DNA of 64,000 bases from Candidatus Micrarchaeota archaeon. GTDB lineage: Archaea > Micrarchaeota > Micrarchaeia > Norongarragalinales > Norongarragalinaceae. The translations under genes and the position numbers were made by a program. The stretch covers positions 44,633-108,632 of the forward strand of contig CAZVVY010000002.1 in NCBI GenBank assembly GCA_964630975.1. Reading direction: 5' to 3'. Positions within the stretch are counted from its first letter, which is position 1; each line of letters starts with the position of its first letter. The notes beneath the pieces were generated by a model, which was not told the DNA's origin, did not search any database, and saw nothing but the letters and a program-made list of their open reading frames with translations. Shown piece by piece: positions 55,779-64,000 of the stretch.

Positions 55779-56780
55779 TTGCGTGGAAGTGTTTTAGTGG
55801 CCGAAAAAAAGTCGAAGAAGAATTATTTGCCGAAGGGATTCAAGAGCACGGCTTCCCTCAAAGTGAAGAAGCGCTTGGTGGACCAAGTCGTAGGGCAAGA
55901 GCGCAGCGTGGAAATAATTCGCAAGGCCGCCTCGCAAAAACGGAACGTGTTGTTGATTGGAACCCCGGGAACCGGGAAAAGCATGCTTGCCCAGGCGATG
56001 AGCGAGTTGTTGCCCGTGCAAAAACTGTTCGACGTACTCGTAAAGAAAAACCCTGAAAACGAGAACGCGCCCTTGATTGAATCCGTTCCCGCGGGCCAAG
56101 CAAAAAAAATCCTCGAAAAAGAACGAAGCAAGGCGCGCGTGCCCGCCAACAACACGAGTTTGGCGATAACCGTTGCCTTGTTCGTTTTCTCGTTTTTGCT
56201 TCTCACTTTTTGGAGGGAGTCCCTCGGCGACATCATTACCGCCGCCCTACTGATTTGCCTCTTCGTGATGGGGGGCATAATGGCGGTCGGCTCGCAGTTA
56301 GGCCGCGGAATGAAGGTATTCGATTACGCGGACGCCGTAAAAATCCTGGTGGATAACGCCAAGCAAAAGCGCGCGCCGTTCGTGGACGCCACGGGCGCGC
56401 GTTCGGGCGCTTTGCTCGGCGACTGCCGCCACGACCCGTTCCAATCGTTTTCGCCCGATACGACGGTTGCCTGCAAAGGGGTTGAGACGACGATGGGCGA
56501 GTTGTGGCAAAAGTATTCCGCGAAGTACCCGGAACTAATTGAAACGAATGAAGACGGTTACCAAGCAATTGTTTTGCCGGAAAACGAAGAAGTTTTCGTG
56601 GACGGGTTCGTTGACGGCGCTGAAAGCAAAGTGCGCGTTCGCATAATCAATCGTCGGCCTTACAGCGGCGAACTCGTGGAAGTCGGCGGGTTGAAGACGA
56701 CTCCCGAACACGTTTTCATCACGAAGAACGGCGAGAAAAAGGCGTTGGACGTAACGGAAAGCGAGTTAATCACGCAATGA
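55779..56780 (+). CDS. lonB: LonB protease N-terminal half (Walker A plus two TM helices) fused to a 111-aa N-intein (split gene)
   Basis: VVGQERSVEIIRKAASQKRNVLLIGTPGTGKS (Walker A), TMs LAITVALFVFSFLLLTF and ITAALLICLFVMGGIMAVG, and GALLGDCRHDPFQ | SFSPDTTV...GGLKTTPEHVF...ELITQ-stop. The start is TTG at 55779 or GTG at 55797. Confidence 0.88.
   Translation: MRGSVLVAEKKSKKNYLPKGFKSTASLKVKKRLVDQVVGQERSVEIIRKAASQKRNVLLIGTPGTGKSMLAQAMSELLPVQKLFDVLVKKNPENENAPLIESVPAGQAKKILEKERSKARVPANNTSLAITVALFVFSFLLLTFWRESLGDIITAALLICLFVMGGIMAVGSQLGRGMKVFDYADAVKILVDNAKQKRAPFVDATGARSGALLGDCRHDPFQSFSPDTTVACKGVETTMGELWQKYSAKYPELIETNEDGYQAIVLPENEEVFVDGFVDGAESKVRVRIINRRPYSGELVEVGGLKTTPEHVFITKNGEKKALDVTESELITQ
56445..56777 (+). 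other. Split-intein N-fragment (IntN, 111 aa)
   Basis: Begins with Ser1 in block A (SFSPDTTV) immediately after the conserved LonB DPFQ. Block B T-x-x-H is present (LKTTPEHVF). Ends at a stop codon where a homing endonuclease or linker would sit. Confidence 0.8.
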
Positions 56781-56809
56781 TTTTATAAGCCGACGCAACA
56801 AAATAATTA

Positions 56810-57823
56810 ATGGTTCACAAGGAACGCGCGGAATTCGTTTACAAGGGTTTGCCCGAGGACTACTACGAGTTAACCGAGTTGCACGTGCACGTGGGGTCCG
56901 GCGTGAGCCCCGAAATAATGTGGTCGTTGGCGCACTCGCAGGGAATCAAGACCACGGGCAAGGATTACTGGAAATTCCTGGAAACGATTACGGTTCAGCC
57001 CGGCAAAGTCAAGTCACTCAACGATTACTTGAAGTTGTTCGACGTAACCGAGTTGATTCAGTCGTCACCCGAAGGAATGGAGAAAAGCGTTTACTCGATG
57101 GTGGGCGGCGCGTACCGAGCCAACCTCATCACGCGTCTCGAAGTGCGCTTCAACCCGATGCTGCGCAACCGCGGCGGCGAACGCGACTTGGACCACATAA
57201 TTTTCGCGGCAATACGCGGAATGGAGCGCGCAACCCTGGAATACCCCGTTAAGGCGGGTTTGATTCTCGCACTTGACCGCCGCTTCCCGAAGGAAACCAA
57301 TTCAATCATAGTTGACAAGGCAATCCAGTACCGCGACCGCGGCGTAATCGGCCTCGACATTGCGGGGCCTTACAAGGACGGTTTTCGCTTCGAGGACTAC
57401 GCGGATTTGTACGAAAAAGCGCGCAAGCACGGCTTGGGGTTGACCGCGCACTCGGGCGAGACGGGTGCCGGGGGCTTGCGTGAAGCAATTGAGTCGTTGC
57501 GCTTACACCGAGTTGGGCACGGCGTGCAGGCGGCTTGGAACCCCGAATTGTTGGGGTTGTTGCGCGACAAGGGCGTTACCCTCGAGATTTGCCCGACCTC
57601 CAACTTGGAGACCACGGCGTTGAAAAGCAAGAAGGAGTTGGCGTTCGTGTTGAAGCGCCTGCTTGAAGAGGAAGTGAAGTTCACGATTAACACGGACGGC
57701 CCCGAAATGTTGAACACGAGTTTGCGCAACGAGCGCCGCTTCCTGCTCGAAGAAGGAATGCTCGACGAAGAACAATTATGGTGGTGCGAGCAGTGGGCGC
57801 GGCAGGCCTCGTTCATTAAGTGA
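56810..57823 (+). CDS. Adenosine/adenine deaminase family metallohydrolase
   Basis: ELHVHVGSG, LTAHSGE, RVGHG and FTINTDGP (metal and catalytic motifs of the ADA fold). Confidence 0.72.
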   Translation: MVHKERAEFVYKGLPEDYYELTELHVHVGSGVSPEIMWSLAHSQGIKTTGKDYWKFLETITVQPGKVKSLNDYLKLFDVTELIQSSPEGMEKSVYSMVGGAYRANLITRLEVRFNPMLRNRGGERDLDHIIFAAIRGMERATLEYPVKAGLILALDRRFPKETNSIIVDKAIQYRDRGVIGLDIAGPYKDGFRFEDYADLYEKARKHGLGLTAHSGETGAGGLREAIESLRLHRVGHGVQAAWNPELLGLLRDKGVTLEICPTSNLETTALKSKKELAFVLKRLLEEEVKFTINTDGPEMLNTSLRNERRFLLEEGMLDEEQLWWCEQWARQASFIK

Positions 57824-57838
57824 AGTTGAATAAACGAG

Positions 57839-57979
57839 TGCAGGGGGAGGGATTTCCTAAACCTTTCTTTTTGGGTGAAACACTTTTCTTTCCCAAAGAA
57901 AAGGGTTCTTCGAACCCTCGAACCCCTGAGGGACTAGGCCCTGAACCTAGCACGGTTGACCAGGCTTCGCTACCCCTGC
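57839..57979 (-). tRNA. tRNA-Leu(CAG) with a 56-nt insert in the T-loop
   Basis: Hand fold: GCAGGGG-UA-GCG-AAGCCUGGUCAAC-CGU-G-CUAGG-UUCAGGG-CCUAG-(variable arm UCCCUCAGGGGUUC)-GAGGG-UUCGAA[56-nt insert 57853-57908]U-CCCUC-CCCCUGC-A. The mature length would be 85 nt. The exact insert boundaries are ambiguous because GAA repeats at both ends. Confidence 0.8.
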
Positions 57980-58027
57980 ACTTCACTAATTGTGTTGTGG
58001 GGGGTTACTAAAAGCTTTGTTTCGGGC

Positions 58028-58759
58028 TTAACCGTACATGGGGTTGGCGCCTTCTTTCTCGTATTCTTGGTGGAACTCGCGCATTTTTTGGATGGATTCC
58101 TTCATTTTTTGTTGGATGTTGTTTCCTTCTTCACGCAAGTCGGCGGTGTCAACTGTTACGCCGGTGAGCCCCGAAATTTTTTCGAGTAAGTCGGCGGCGG
58201 CCTTTGGGTCTAGCGCTTGCTTTGTTTCGGTGAGGATGTTGGCGGCGTTTACTCCGCGGGAAGCGCATTCGGCGATGAGCACTCCGCTCACTCCTTGCGT
58301 GGCGCCCTCCTTGATTAGCTTGACGTCGTTTGCCTTGAGTTTTTCAGCCATTTGGTCGGTGCTGGGAATCCCGTGGGTTTCGCCTTTGGGTTTGGGCGAG
58401 GCAATGCCGGCGAGCGAGTAAACGGCTGAAACGTTTTTTTCCTTGGCGTAGCGAAGGATTTCCTCGGTTAAGTCGTTCACGATTTTTGCGGGTATCACGA
58501 ATTCGGAGAATAACACGATTAAGTCGTGTTCCTTGCTTGCGTACACGCGGGCCGGGGGTACGGGTTTGTAGTCGTGTATTGCTGATACGGGAGGGAAGTA
58601 ATCGCTTTCTATTTCGCCGACGAGTTCCATACCCATTTTTTCGGCGAGGTAGGCGCTGGCAATCGTGCCAATCATCCCTATTCCCGGGAATCCCTCGATT
58701 AGAACGGGGTTATTGGTCTCTATTTTCTTGTTTTCCTTGATGACTACTTTTCGGCTCAT
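58028..58759 (-). CDS. PAC2-family proteasome assembly chaperone (PbaA/B-like)
   Basis: PVLIEGFPGIGMIGTIASAYLAEKMGMELVGEIESDYFPP is the characteristic PAC2 N-terminal pattern. 243 aa. Confidence 0.55.
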   Translation of the reverse strand: MSRKVVIKENKKIETNNPVLIEGFPGIGMIGTIASAYLAEKMGMELVGEIESDYFPPVSAIHDYKPVPPARVYASKEHDLIVLFSEFVIPAKIVNDLTEEILRYAKEKNVSAVYSLAGIASPKPKGETHGIPSTDQMAEKLKANDVKLIKEGATQGVSGVLIAECASRGVNAANILTETKQALDPKAAADLLEKISGLTGVTVDTADLREEGNNIQQKMKESIQKMREFHQEYEKEGANPMYG

Positions 58760-58784
58760 AAACGAGTTAATCGCGCCGAGTTTT

Positions 58785-59597
58785 TTATAGTATGTCTGCC
58801 GAGCGCGCCAAATGGTAGGCGGCGAGGGAGAGGGGCAGGCAAACCGCGGCGTAAGCGAACGCTTTTCGCGGCTTGTTTTCGTTGAAGGCGACGAAGGACG
58901 AGGTTATTATGGAGAACAAGGCGAGGTAGGCTTGGTTGCCGAGGGATATCGCGTTTGCTAGCGCGGCGCGTTCCGCAGAGGAAGAAGAGAATACGGCTTG
59001 CATTCCGGAGCCGAAGTCCAGGGATTCAACGAGGTTGTAGAGGAAGCCGAGGATGAAGGGGACGAGGATTGCCGCCGAGGCGAGCAACGAATATTTTTGG
59101 AGGGCTGCCGCGGACGCGGCTTCACGGTAAATGAATTGGAGTTCGAGCACGTCTTCGGCGACTTGTTTGAACGTCTTGGAGACGTCTGCGCCCGACTCGT
59201 AGGCGTTGGCAATCATTTCGAGCACGCGCTTGAACAGGAAGGAGTCGGTTTCGTGCCTTCGCAAGGCTTTTGGCGGAGGGGTTCCCGCGCGAATTCTGCG
59301 GGCAATCGATTTGAAGTGTTTTCCGAGTTCGCCGCGTTGTTTTGCGAGTTCTTCCAAGGAGTCCTCCATTGCCGTGCCTTTCGGCCGCGAACTGAGTTGC
59401 AGTAATGCTTCGGGCAACCGTTCTTCGAGTTCCAACCGATTTTTTTCCTTCAAATATTCCTGTCGCAGTTCGTGGGCAACGGGCGGAATCGCGAGGGCGG
59501 CCAGGGAGGCGAGCAGCGATTGCTCCAACGGCAGGGGCAGTAAGGTGAGTAAGGTCAAGGCGGCTGCCGAAGACGCGAGCAGGATTTTCTTGTTCAT
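58785..59597 (-). CDS. Type IV pilus/archaellum-type platform membrane protein (T2SS-F/TadC-like)
   Basis: N-terminal TMs, a cytoplasmic helical domain and C-terminal TMs. Overlaps the upstream paralog by 4 nt, in an operon with the secretion ATPase. Confidence 0.5.
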   Translation of the reverse strand: MNKKILLASSAAALTLLTLLPLPLEQSLLASLAALAIPPVAHELRQEYLKEKNRLELEERLPEALLQLSSRPKGTAMEDSLEELAKQRGELGKHFKSIARRIRAGTPPPKALRRHETDSFLFKRVLEMIANAYESGADVSKTFKQVAEDVLELQFIYREAASAAALQKYSLLASAAILVPFILGFLYNLVESLDFGSGMQAVFSSSSAERAALANAISLGNQAYLALFSIITSSFVAFNENKPRKAFAYAAVCLPLSLAAYHLARSADIL

Positions 59598-60430
59598 TTT
59601 GTTGCAAGCCCCGTTGGCGCGGACTGCCTTGCGTAGGCGAGCACGAAGAGGTCGACGAGCGGGAACACCGCGACGAAGAAGAACACGACTTGCAGGGGTG
59701 AAAAAGTGGATTCGAGGAGCGAGGAGGATATTACGGCGTAAGCGCCGAAGAACGCGGGGATTATGGCGCTTACGGCTATGAATATCGTGCCCAGAAAAGC
59801 GGTTTTCGCGGCGTGCTCGCGCACGGCCTGCTTTTGCTTTTGTATTGCTTCGTCGGCCAGCTTGCGCAAGGCATCGGGCGCGCCTCCCCGCGAATAAGTG
59901 ACGTATAATTGTGCGAAGACGCGTTTTGCGAGCATTGAAGACGTTTGTTTTGAGGCGTGCTCGAATGCTTGCGAGTAAGTGGCGCGGCCTTTTGAAACCG
60001 TTTTTCGTATCAACTCTGCTTGTTTTCCGAATTCGCCGCAGCCCTTCGCCGACTCCAACGCGGCTTCAAAAGAAGTGCCTGATTCGAGTTCGCTTGCGAT
60101 TACGGGTAGTGCGAGGGGGAGGCAGGACTCGATTTCTCCAGCCTTGTTGCCCGCGGCTTTTTCGGGCAGGCGGCTTAGCGCGGCCAAGGTAATTGCCGCG
60201 GCGAACAAGGAGTATGCGGCGGCGGACGCGGCGTGCACTCCGGCCGCTATAGCGGTTGCCAGGGTTGCGGCGGCTGAAAAGGCGGCCGACAACAAGGTAA
60301 AAGAAGAGTATTCGTTTGGAGAGCAAGTCCACTCGGCTTGCTTCAAAGGTTCGGCGACGCTTTCCGCGATTCCAAACGCGTCCGGCAATTGAAAAGTTCT
60401 ACCCGCTTTTTTGGCTGCTTCCGCAATCAT
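59594..60430 (-). CDS. Type IV pilus/archaellum-type platform membrane protein (T2SS-F/TadB-like)
   Basis: Same architecture as 58785-59597. Overlaps the ATPase stop by 4 nt. Confidence 0.5.
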   Translation of the reverse strand: MIAEAAKKAGRTFQLPDAFGIAESVAEPLKQAEWTCSPNEYSSFTLLSAAFSAAATLATAIAAGVHAASAAAYSLFAAAITLAALSRLPEKAAGNKAGEIESCLPLALPVIASELESGTSFEAALESAKGCGEFGKQAELIRKTVSKGRATYSQAFEHASKQTSSMLAKRVFAQLYVTYSRGGAPDALRKLADEAIQKQKQAVREHAAKTAFLGTIFIAVSAIIPAFFGAYAVISSSLLESTFSPLQVVFFFVAVFPLVDLFVLAYARQSAPTGLATK

Positions 60431-61695
60431 TTGAACGACTCCGCTTGCACTGCTTTAAAGAATTCGGCGTGGTTTTTCGGTGCCGTCGAAAGCCATTCGG
60501 CGCGCTTTTTGACGAGCGCGACTAATTCCTTTTTGGTGCACCCGTAGTTGGAGGCAACTTCGCGCAGGCAACGGCTTTTGGAAGGGTCCGCCAAGACGTC
60601 GAACGCCTTGCCTTCGCGCACTTCACATAATTCGGTTACGCGGCGCCGTTCGCGTTGAAAACCCCTTTCGAGTATTGCGCGCCTTTTTTGTACGAGGATT
60701 AAGTCGACGGCGTTCAAGTCTTGTTTTCGCGCGCCCAGGGAAGTCAAACGGTTTAACGCGTCCGCGGCGGTGGTGGAGTGAAAAGTGGCGTAAGTGCCCC
60801 TTGCCTGGCCCGCCAGAAGGGAGTCGAATAACGCGGTTGTTTCGCGGGAGTCGCGGACTTCGCCGATTATTACGCGGTCGGGCCTCATTCGCAGCGTGTC
60901 CTTAACCAAATCGTTCAAACCTATTCCAAGTCCTTCGTTCGCGATTATGCGCACGGTGTGCTCGTGCGGAACGTTTATTTCAGGGGTTTCTTCAGTAATT
61001 ATAACGCGCTCGGTTTTCGGGATGAAGGAGAACAAGGCGTTGAGGGTGGTGGTTTTTCCGGAGCCCGTGGTGCCGCATACGAGGAGTGAAGCGTCGCCGA
61101 ACAAAACCGTCCAGAGGAAGGCCGCGCATTCCGCGGTCATCGTGCCGTTGTCCACGAGTTCTTTCACGGAAAACGGCTTGTTGCGGAACCTGCGGATTGT
61201 CGCCTCGAACCCGGAAGACGCGAGAGGCGAAATGCAGGCGTGCAGGCGCGAACCGTTCGGGAGGACCGCGTTGAGGCGTGGGCTTTGCAGGGTGAGGCGC
61301 CTTCCCAGGGGGCGAGCCATTTTGTTGACCGCGTTTATAGCAAACTCTTTTTCGATGAACGCGTTGGTTTCCAGCCAACCTTTTCCTCGGTGGTAGACGC
61401 GCACCCTGCCTTGGCCGTTAACCGTTATTTCTTCCAAGTCGTCGTCGGCGAGGAGGGGGTCGAATGCGCCGAAGCCGTCACAATTCATTTTGGCGGCGCG
61501 AATTATTTTTCCCGCGGATTCCCTGGGAAGCAAAACGTTTTCCTGCCTGCACAACGCCTTCAATTCGGTTTCGGCTTGCGAGCCGTCCGGCAGGCGCTTC
61601 GACAATTCCTCGAACAATTCCTCTTCTTCTTTTTCGAGGAAGATTTCGGGCGCTTCGTATTCCGCCGACCCTTTTATTGCCCAGCCTAAACCCAT
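60427..61695 (-). CDS. Type II/IV secretion-family ATPase (FlaI/TadA/VirB11-like)
   Basis: Walker A CGTTGSGKTTTLNAL, ITEETPEI, and RPDRVIIGEVRDSRE (Asp/His boxes). I prefer the start MGLGWAIKG (ATG at 61695); the ORF track starts at 61788. Confidence 0.82.
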   Translation of the reverse strand: MGLGWAIKGSAEYEAPEIFLEKEEEELFEELSKRLPDGSQAETELKALCRQENVLLPRESAGKIIRAAKMNCDGFGAFDPLLADDDLEEITVNGQGRVRVYHRGKGWLETNAFIEKEFAINAVNKMARPLGRRLTLQSPRLNAVLPNGSRLHACISPLASSGFEATIRRFRNKPFSVKELVDNGTMTAECAAFLWTVLFGDASLLVCGTTGSGKTTTLNALFSFIPKTERVIITEETPEINVPHEHTVRIIANEGLGIGLNDLVKDTLRMRPDRVIIGEVRDSRETTALFDSLLAGQARGTYATFHSTTAADALNRLTSLGARKQDLNAVDLILVQKRRAILERGFQRERRRVTELCEVREGKAFDVLADPSKSRCLREVASNYGCTKKELVALVKKRAEWLSTAPKNHAEFFKAVQAESFK

Positions 61696-62015
61696 TCCAA
61701 CACGTCTCCTTTTTTGAACGGGTTTTTTCCGCGAGGCACTTCCACCAAGTATTTGAACGGTTTTTTCGGGGTTATCCAGGGGTGCCACGGCTCGACGTCG
61801 ATTACTTGCAATACTTTTTTTCGCGAGTCAAGGAATACGGCGGTGAAAGGAGGGCAAAACAGTGAATGAATCGCGTTCAACCCCCTCGACTCCGATTTGA
61901 ATTCGAAGAACAGCGGCTTGAAGGAAGGGCCCTTGAACATTATGCCTCTCGTTTTTTGGAGAGCTGTTTTCGCGGCCCGGCATTCGAGTTGCTTGCGGCC
62001 GCCCCTTAATTTCAT
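61686..62015 (-). CDS. DUF192 (COG1430) family protein
   Basis: FTAVFLDSRKKVLQVIDVEPW...YLVEVPRG...GDVLEW pattern. The start is uncertain (ATG at 62015 or 61940). The ORF-track start at 62078 would overlap uppS. Confidence 0.5.
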   Translation of the reverse strand: MKLRGGRKQLECRAAKTALQKTRGIMFKGPSFKPLFFEFKSESRGLNAIHSLFCPPFTAVFLDSRKKVLQVIDVEPWHPWITPKKPFKYLVEVPRGKNPFKKGDVLEWV

Positions 62016-62068
62016 CAATTTTGTTAGCGCCGCACGATTTAAATGTTGTTTCAAACAATACTTCTCGT

Positions 62069-62749
62069 ATGCGTTCATTGAAGTCCATAGCGATCATTCC
62101 CGACGGCAACCGGCGTTACGCAAAGAAGTCCGGTCTTGCGTTGCCCGAAGCTTACGCGGCGGGCTTCGAAAAAGTTAAGTCGGTTTTCGAGTGGTCCAAG
62201 GAGGAAGGCCTCGAGTCCGCCACTTTTTGGGCGTTGTCACTCGACAACTTACGCAAGCGCTCCAAAACCGAGCTCGACGTGGTCCTCGGGTTGTTGGGCA
62301 GCCGCCTTGACGGTTTCCTGTCAAAAGGGTTCGACGAGGCGCGCATCAACTTCTTCGGCCGGCTTGAAGAGCTTCCCGACGGCCTCCGAGAAAAGTTTGC
62401 CGAGACCGAAGAGCGCACCAAGAAAAACCAAGGCTTTGAATTGAATTTCGCGGTTGCTTACGGCGGGCGCGACGAGCTGTTTCACGCCGCCGAGTCGTTG
62501 GCGCGCGATTACGCTTCGGGTTCGGCGGAACTTTCCCAAAAAGAATTCGAGAAACGGTTGTACTTGCCGCGGGAACCTGATTTGGTGGTCCGCACCGGTT
62601 CGGCCCAGCGGTTGAGCGGTTTTCTTCCCTGGCAAAACGAGTATTCCGAGCTTTTTTTCTCCGAAAAGTTGTGGCCCGAGTTTTCGCGCGCCGACTTCGA
62701 TGAGGCACTCGGGTTTTATTCTTCTTCGGAGAGCCGTCGCGGCCGCTAA
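62069..62749 (+). CDS. uppS: cis-Prenyltransferase (undecaprenyl-diphosphate synthase family)
   Basis: IAIIPDGNRRYA, FWALSLDNLRKR, and RTGSAQRLSGFLPWQNEYSELFF. I start at MRSLKSIA (ATG at 62069). Confidence 0.85.
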   Translation: MRSLKSIAIIPDGNRRYAKKSGLALPEAYAAGFEKVKSVFEWSKEEGLESATFWALSLDNLRKRSKTELDVVLGLLGSRLDGFLSKGFDEARINFFGRLEELPDGLREKFAETEERTKKNQGFELNFAVAYGGRDELFHAAESLARDYASGSAELSQKEFEKRLYLPREPDLVVRTGSAQRLSGFLPWQNEYSELFFSEKLWPEFSRADFDEALGFYSSSESRRGR

Positions 62750-63210
62750 ACCTTGTCCCAAACGTTTTTGACTATGCATTCGCTTCTTTCGGCTACGCTC
62801 GACGATATTTGTGCGCCCAACTCGCCGCGCGTCTTTTCTTCGGGCAGGTGGTGGACGAGTTCGCGGGCAATCTTCAATGCCTTGTACTCGTCTTTTTTTT
62901 GTTGGGTGAGCGAGTTCTTGTTCAAGTTGAATAAGGTTTCCGTGTAGCCGTTGTTGAACCGGAAGCTGTGCGTGGAGTGGCCGTTGCCGGAGTCAACCGA
63001 CAAGTTGATTACGCGTTCCTCCCCCGACTTCTTGTTGAAGCAGAACACTTCGCCGTGGGCAACCCCGTAATAAGGGTTGCCTGCCTTGAACGCCTTGTGC
63101 TTCAAGTTTAAAGCCCACCAACGCACTTTTTTGTCTTTCAAGGCGGAGTCTCCGTTGTCAAGCCAAATCGATGGGTCGAATTCAATGTTCAGAAAAGGAG
63201 TTTTGTCCAA
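62746..63210 (-). CDS. Hypothetical protein
   Basis: 154-aa ORF with no motif recognised. Confidence 0.4.
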   Translation of the reverse strand: MDKTPFLNIEFDPSIWLDNGDSALKDKKVRWWALNLKHKAFKAGNPYYGVAHGEVFCFNKKSGEERVINLSVDSGNGHSTHSFRFNNGYTETLFNLNKNSLTQQKKDEYKALKIARELVHHLPEEKTRGELGAQISSSVAERSECIVKNVWDKV

Positions 63211-63258
63211 TCAATTGTCACCGTTTTTTGTGGAGGAAAAGTATTGCAGGCAAAACTT

Positions 63259-64000
63259 TTATTTGTTGCGCAGGATTTCGTCCATGTCGCCGAAAGCCGA
63301 AAGGAAACGACCGGCCCCCAATAAGCCGCCGGCGCCCGCCAAGGCGTCCAAGCCCTTGTTGTCCCTCGCATCCAAGAACCGGCGGGCGCGGGCGTGCCAT
63401 TTCAAAGCCGAGCATTCGCGTCTCCAAGCCGCCTCGTAATCGCTTCTTTCAACGAGGCGCGCGCACTTGGAGCCGAACACCAGCCCCCCTCCCGTTGTCG
63501 CCTTTGTTTGCCCGGCGGCGTCACCCACCAAGGTGGCGCGACCTTCCCGCGTTTTTGTGCGGGAAGTCCTCGGAATCAAGGCGTAAAACTCTCTTTTGGC
63601 GGTGCCGGCACCCGTTTTTTCAAGAAACCTTTTTTTTGAGGCCTTCACCCTTGAAAAGTCGGTGGAGCCGAAGCCGACCCGCGCGGTTTTCGCGTTTACG
63701 GGCACGACCCAGCCGAAGAAGCCCGGGAAGAGTTCGGCGTCCAAGTACACGTGGACGCGCCCGTCGTTTTCGAGCTCGCACTCGCGCTCGAAACACGAAA
63801 CGAATTCTTTTATGGGCGGGAAGCCGGCGAGGCGCGCTACGGTTGAAGACGCACCGTCCGCTCCGATTACGGGGCCTTTCGGAAGCCGCTTGACGCGCTT
63901 CTTAAAAAGAAATTCGGCGCCTTCGCCTTGCGCTTCAAGAAAGCATTGTTCGTCGAATTTCTGGCGGTCGATTACTTTTGCAACGCTTTTTCGGCGCACG
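63259..64000 (-). CDS. Geranylgeranyl reductase-family FAD-dependent oxidoreductase (C-terminal part; gene continues past the right edge)
   Basis: VIGADGASSTVARLAGF and ATLVGDAAGQTKATTGGGL. The reading frame is open to the window end. Confidence 0.65.
   Translation of the reverse strand, partial: VRRKSVAKVIDRQKFDEQCFLEAQGEGAEFLFKKRVKRLPKGPVIGADGASSTVARLAGFPPIKEFVSCFERECELENDGRVHVYLDAELFPGFFGWVVPVNAKTARVGFGSTDFSRVKASKKRFLEKTGAGTAKREFYALIPRTSRTKTREGRATLVGDAAGQTKATTGGGLVFGSKCARLVERSDYEAAWRRECSALKWHARARRFLDARDNKGLDALAGAGGLLGAGRFLSAFGDMDEILRNK

Noticed and set aside
63171-63893. A 240-aa Arg/Pro-rich plus-strand ORF.
   Set aside because: It is antisense to the geranylgeranyl-reductase-family gene and its composition is typical of a shadow ORF.

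Overview
This 64-kb window is a tightly packed chromosomal segment of an archaeon. I cannot name the taxon from this window.

Evidence for an archaeal host: Hel308, a short archaeal-type TIM, EndoQ, Hjc, Pth2, prefoldin beta, archaeal DnaG, membrane LonB, a nurA-herA-mre11-rad50 operon, the thiolase/HMGCS/DUF35 trio, and intron-containing tRNAs that lack an encoded CCA. Hand-counted 60-nt lines in host genes give about 50-57% G+C. I support about 70 CDS, 5 tRNAs and 1 CRISPR array. I saw no rRNA, transposase or integrase.

Four things stand out:
1. LonB protease is encoded as two separate genes, each carrying half of a mini-intein. The N-half plus a 111-aa IntN is at 55779-56780. A 30-aa IntC plus the C-half is at 32797-34143. 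The halves are 22 kb apart and in inverted order, which looks like a naturally split, trans-splicing intein.
2. The tRNA loci are unusual. tRNA-Ser(UGA) has a 99-nt intron and is preceded by two perfect 91-nt tandem units, each made of a 28-nt copy of the tRNA 5' end plus a 63-nt hairpin and A-rich spacer. tRNA-Tyr has two introns (canonical and T-loop). tRNA-Leu has a T-loop insert that is clearly homologous to the 63-nt tRNA-Ser spacer.
3. A complete, apparently active type V-A CRISPR-Cas12a locus (cas12a-cas4-cas1-cas2 plus 13 repeats) sits as an island of about 35% G+C between gap and an acyl-CoA synthetase gene. Its spacers average about 49% G+C.
4. A mevalonate/isoprenoid gene cluster mixes an archaeal front end with a bacterial-style mvaD-mvaK2-fni back end.
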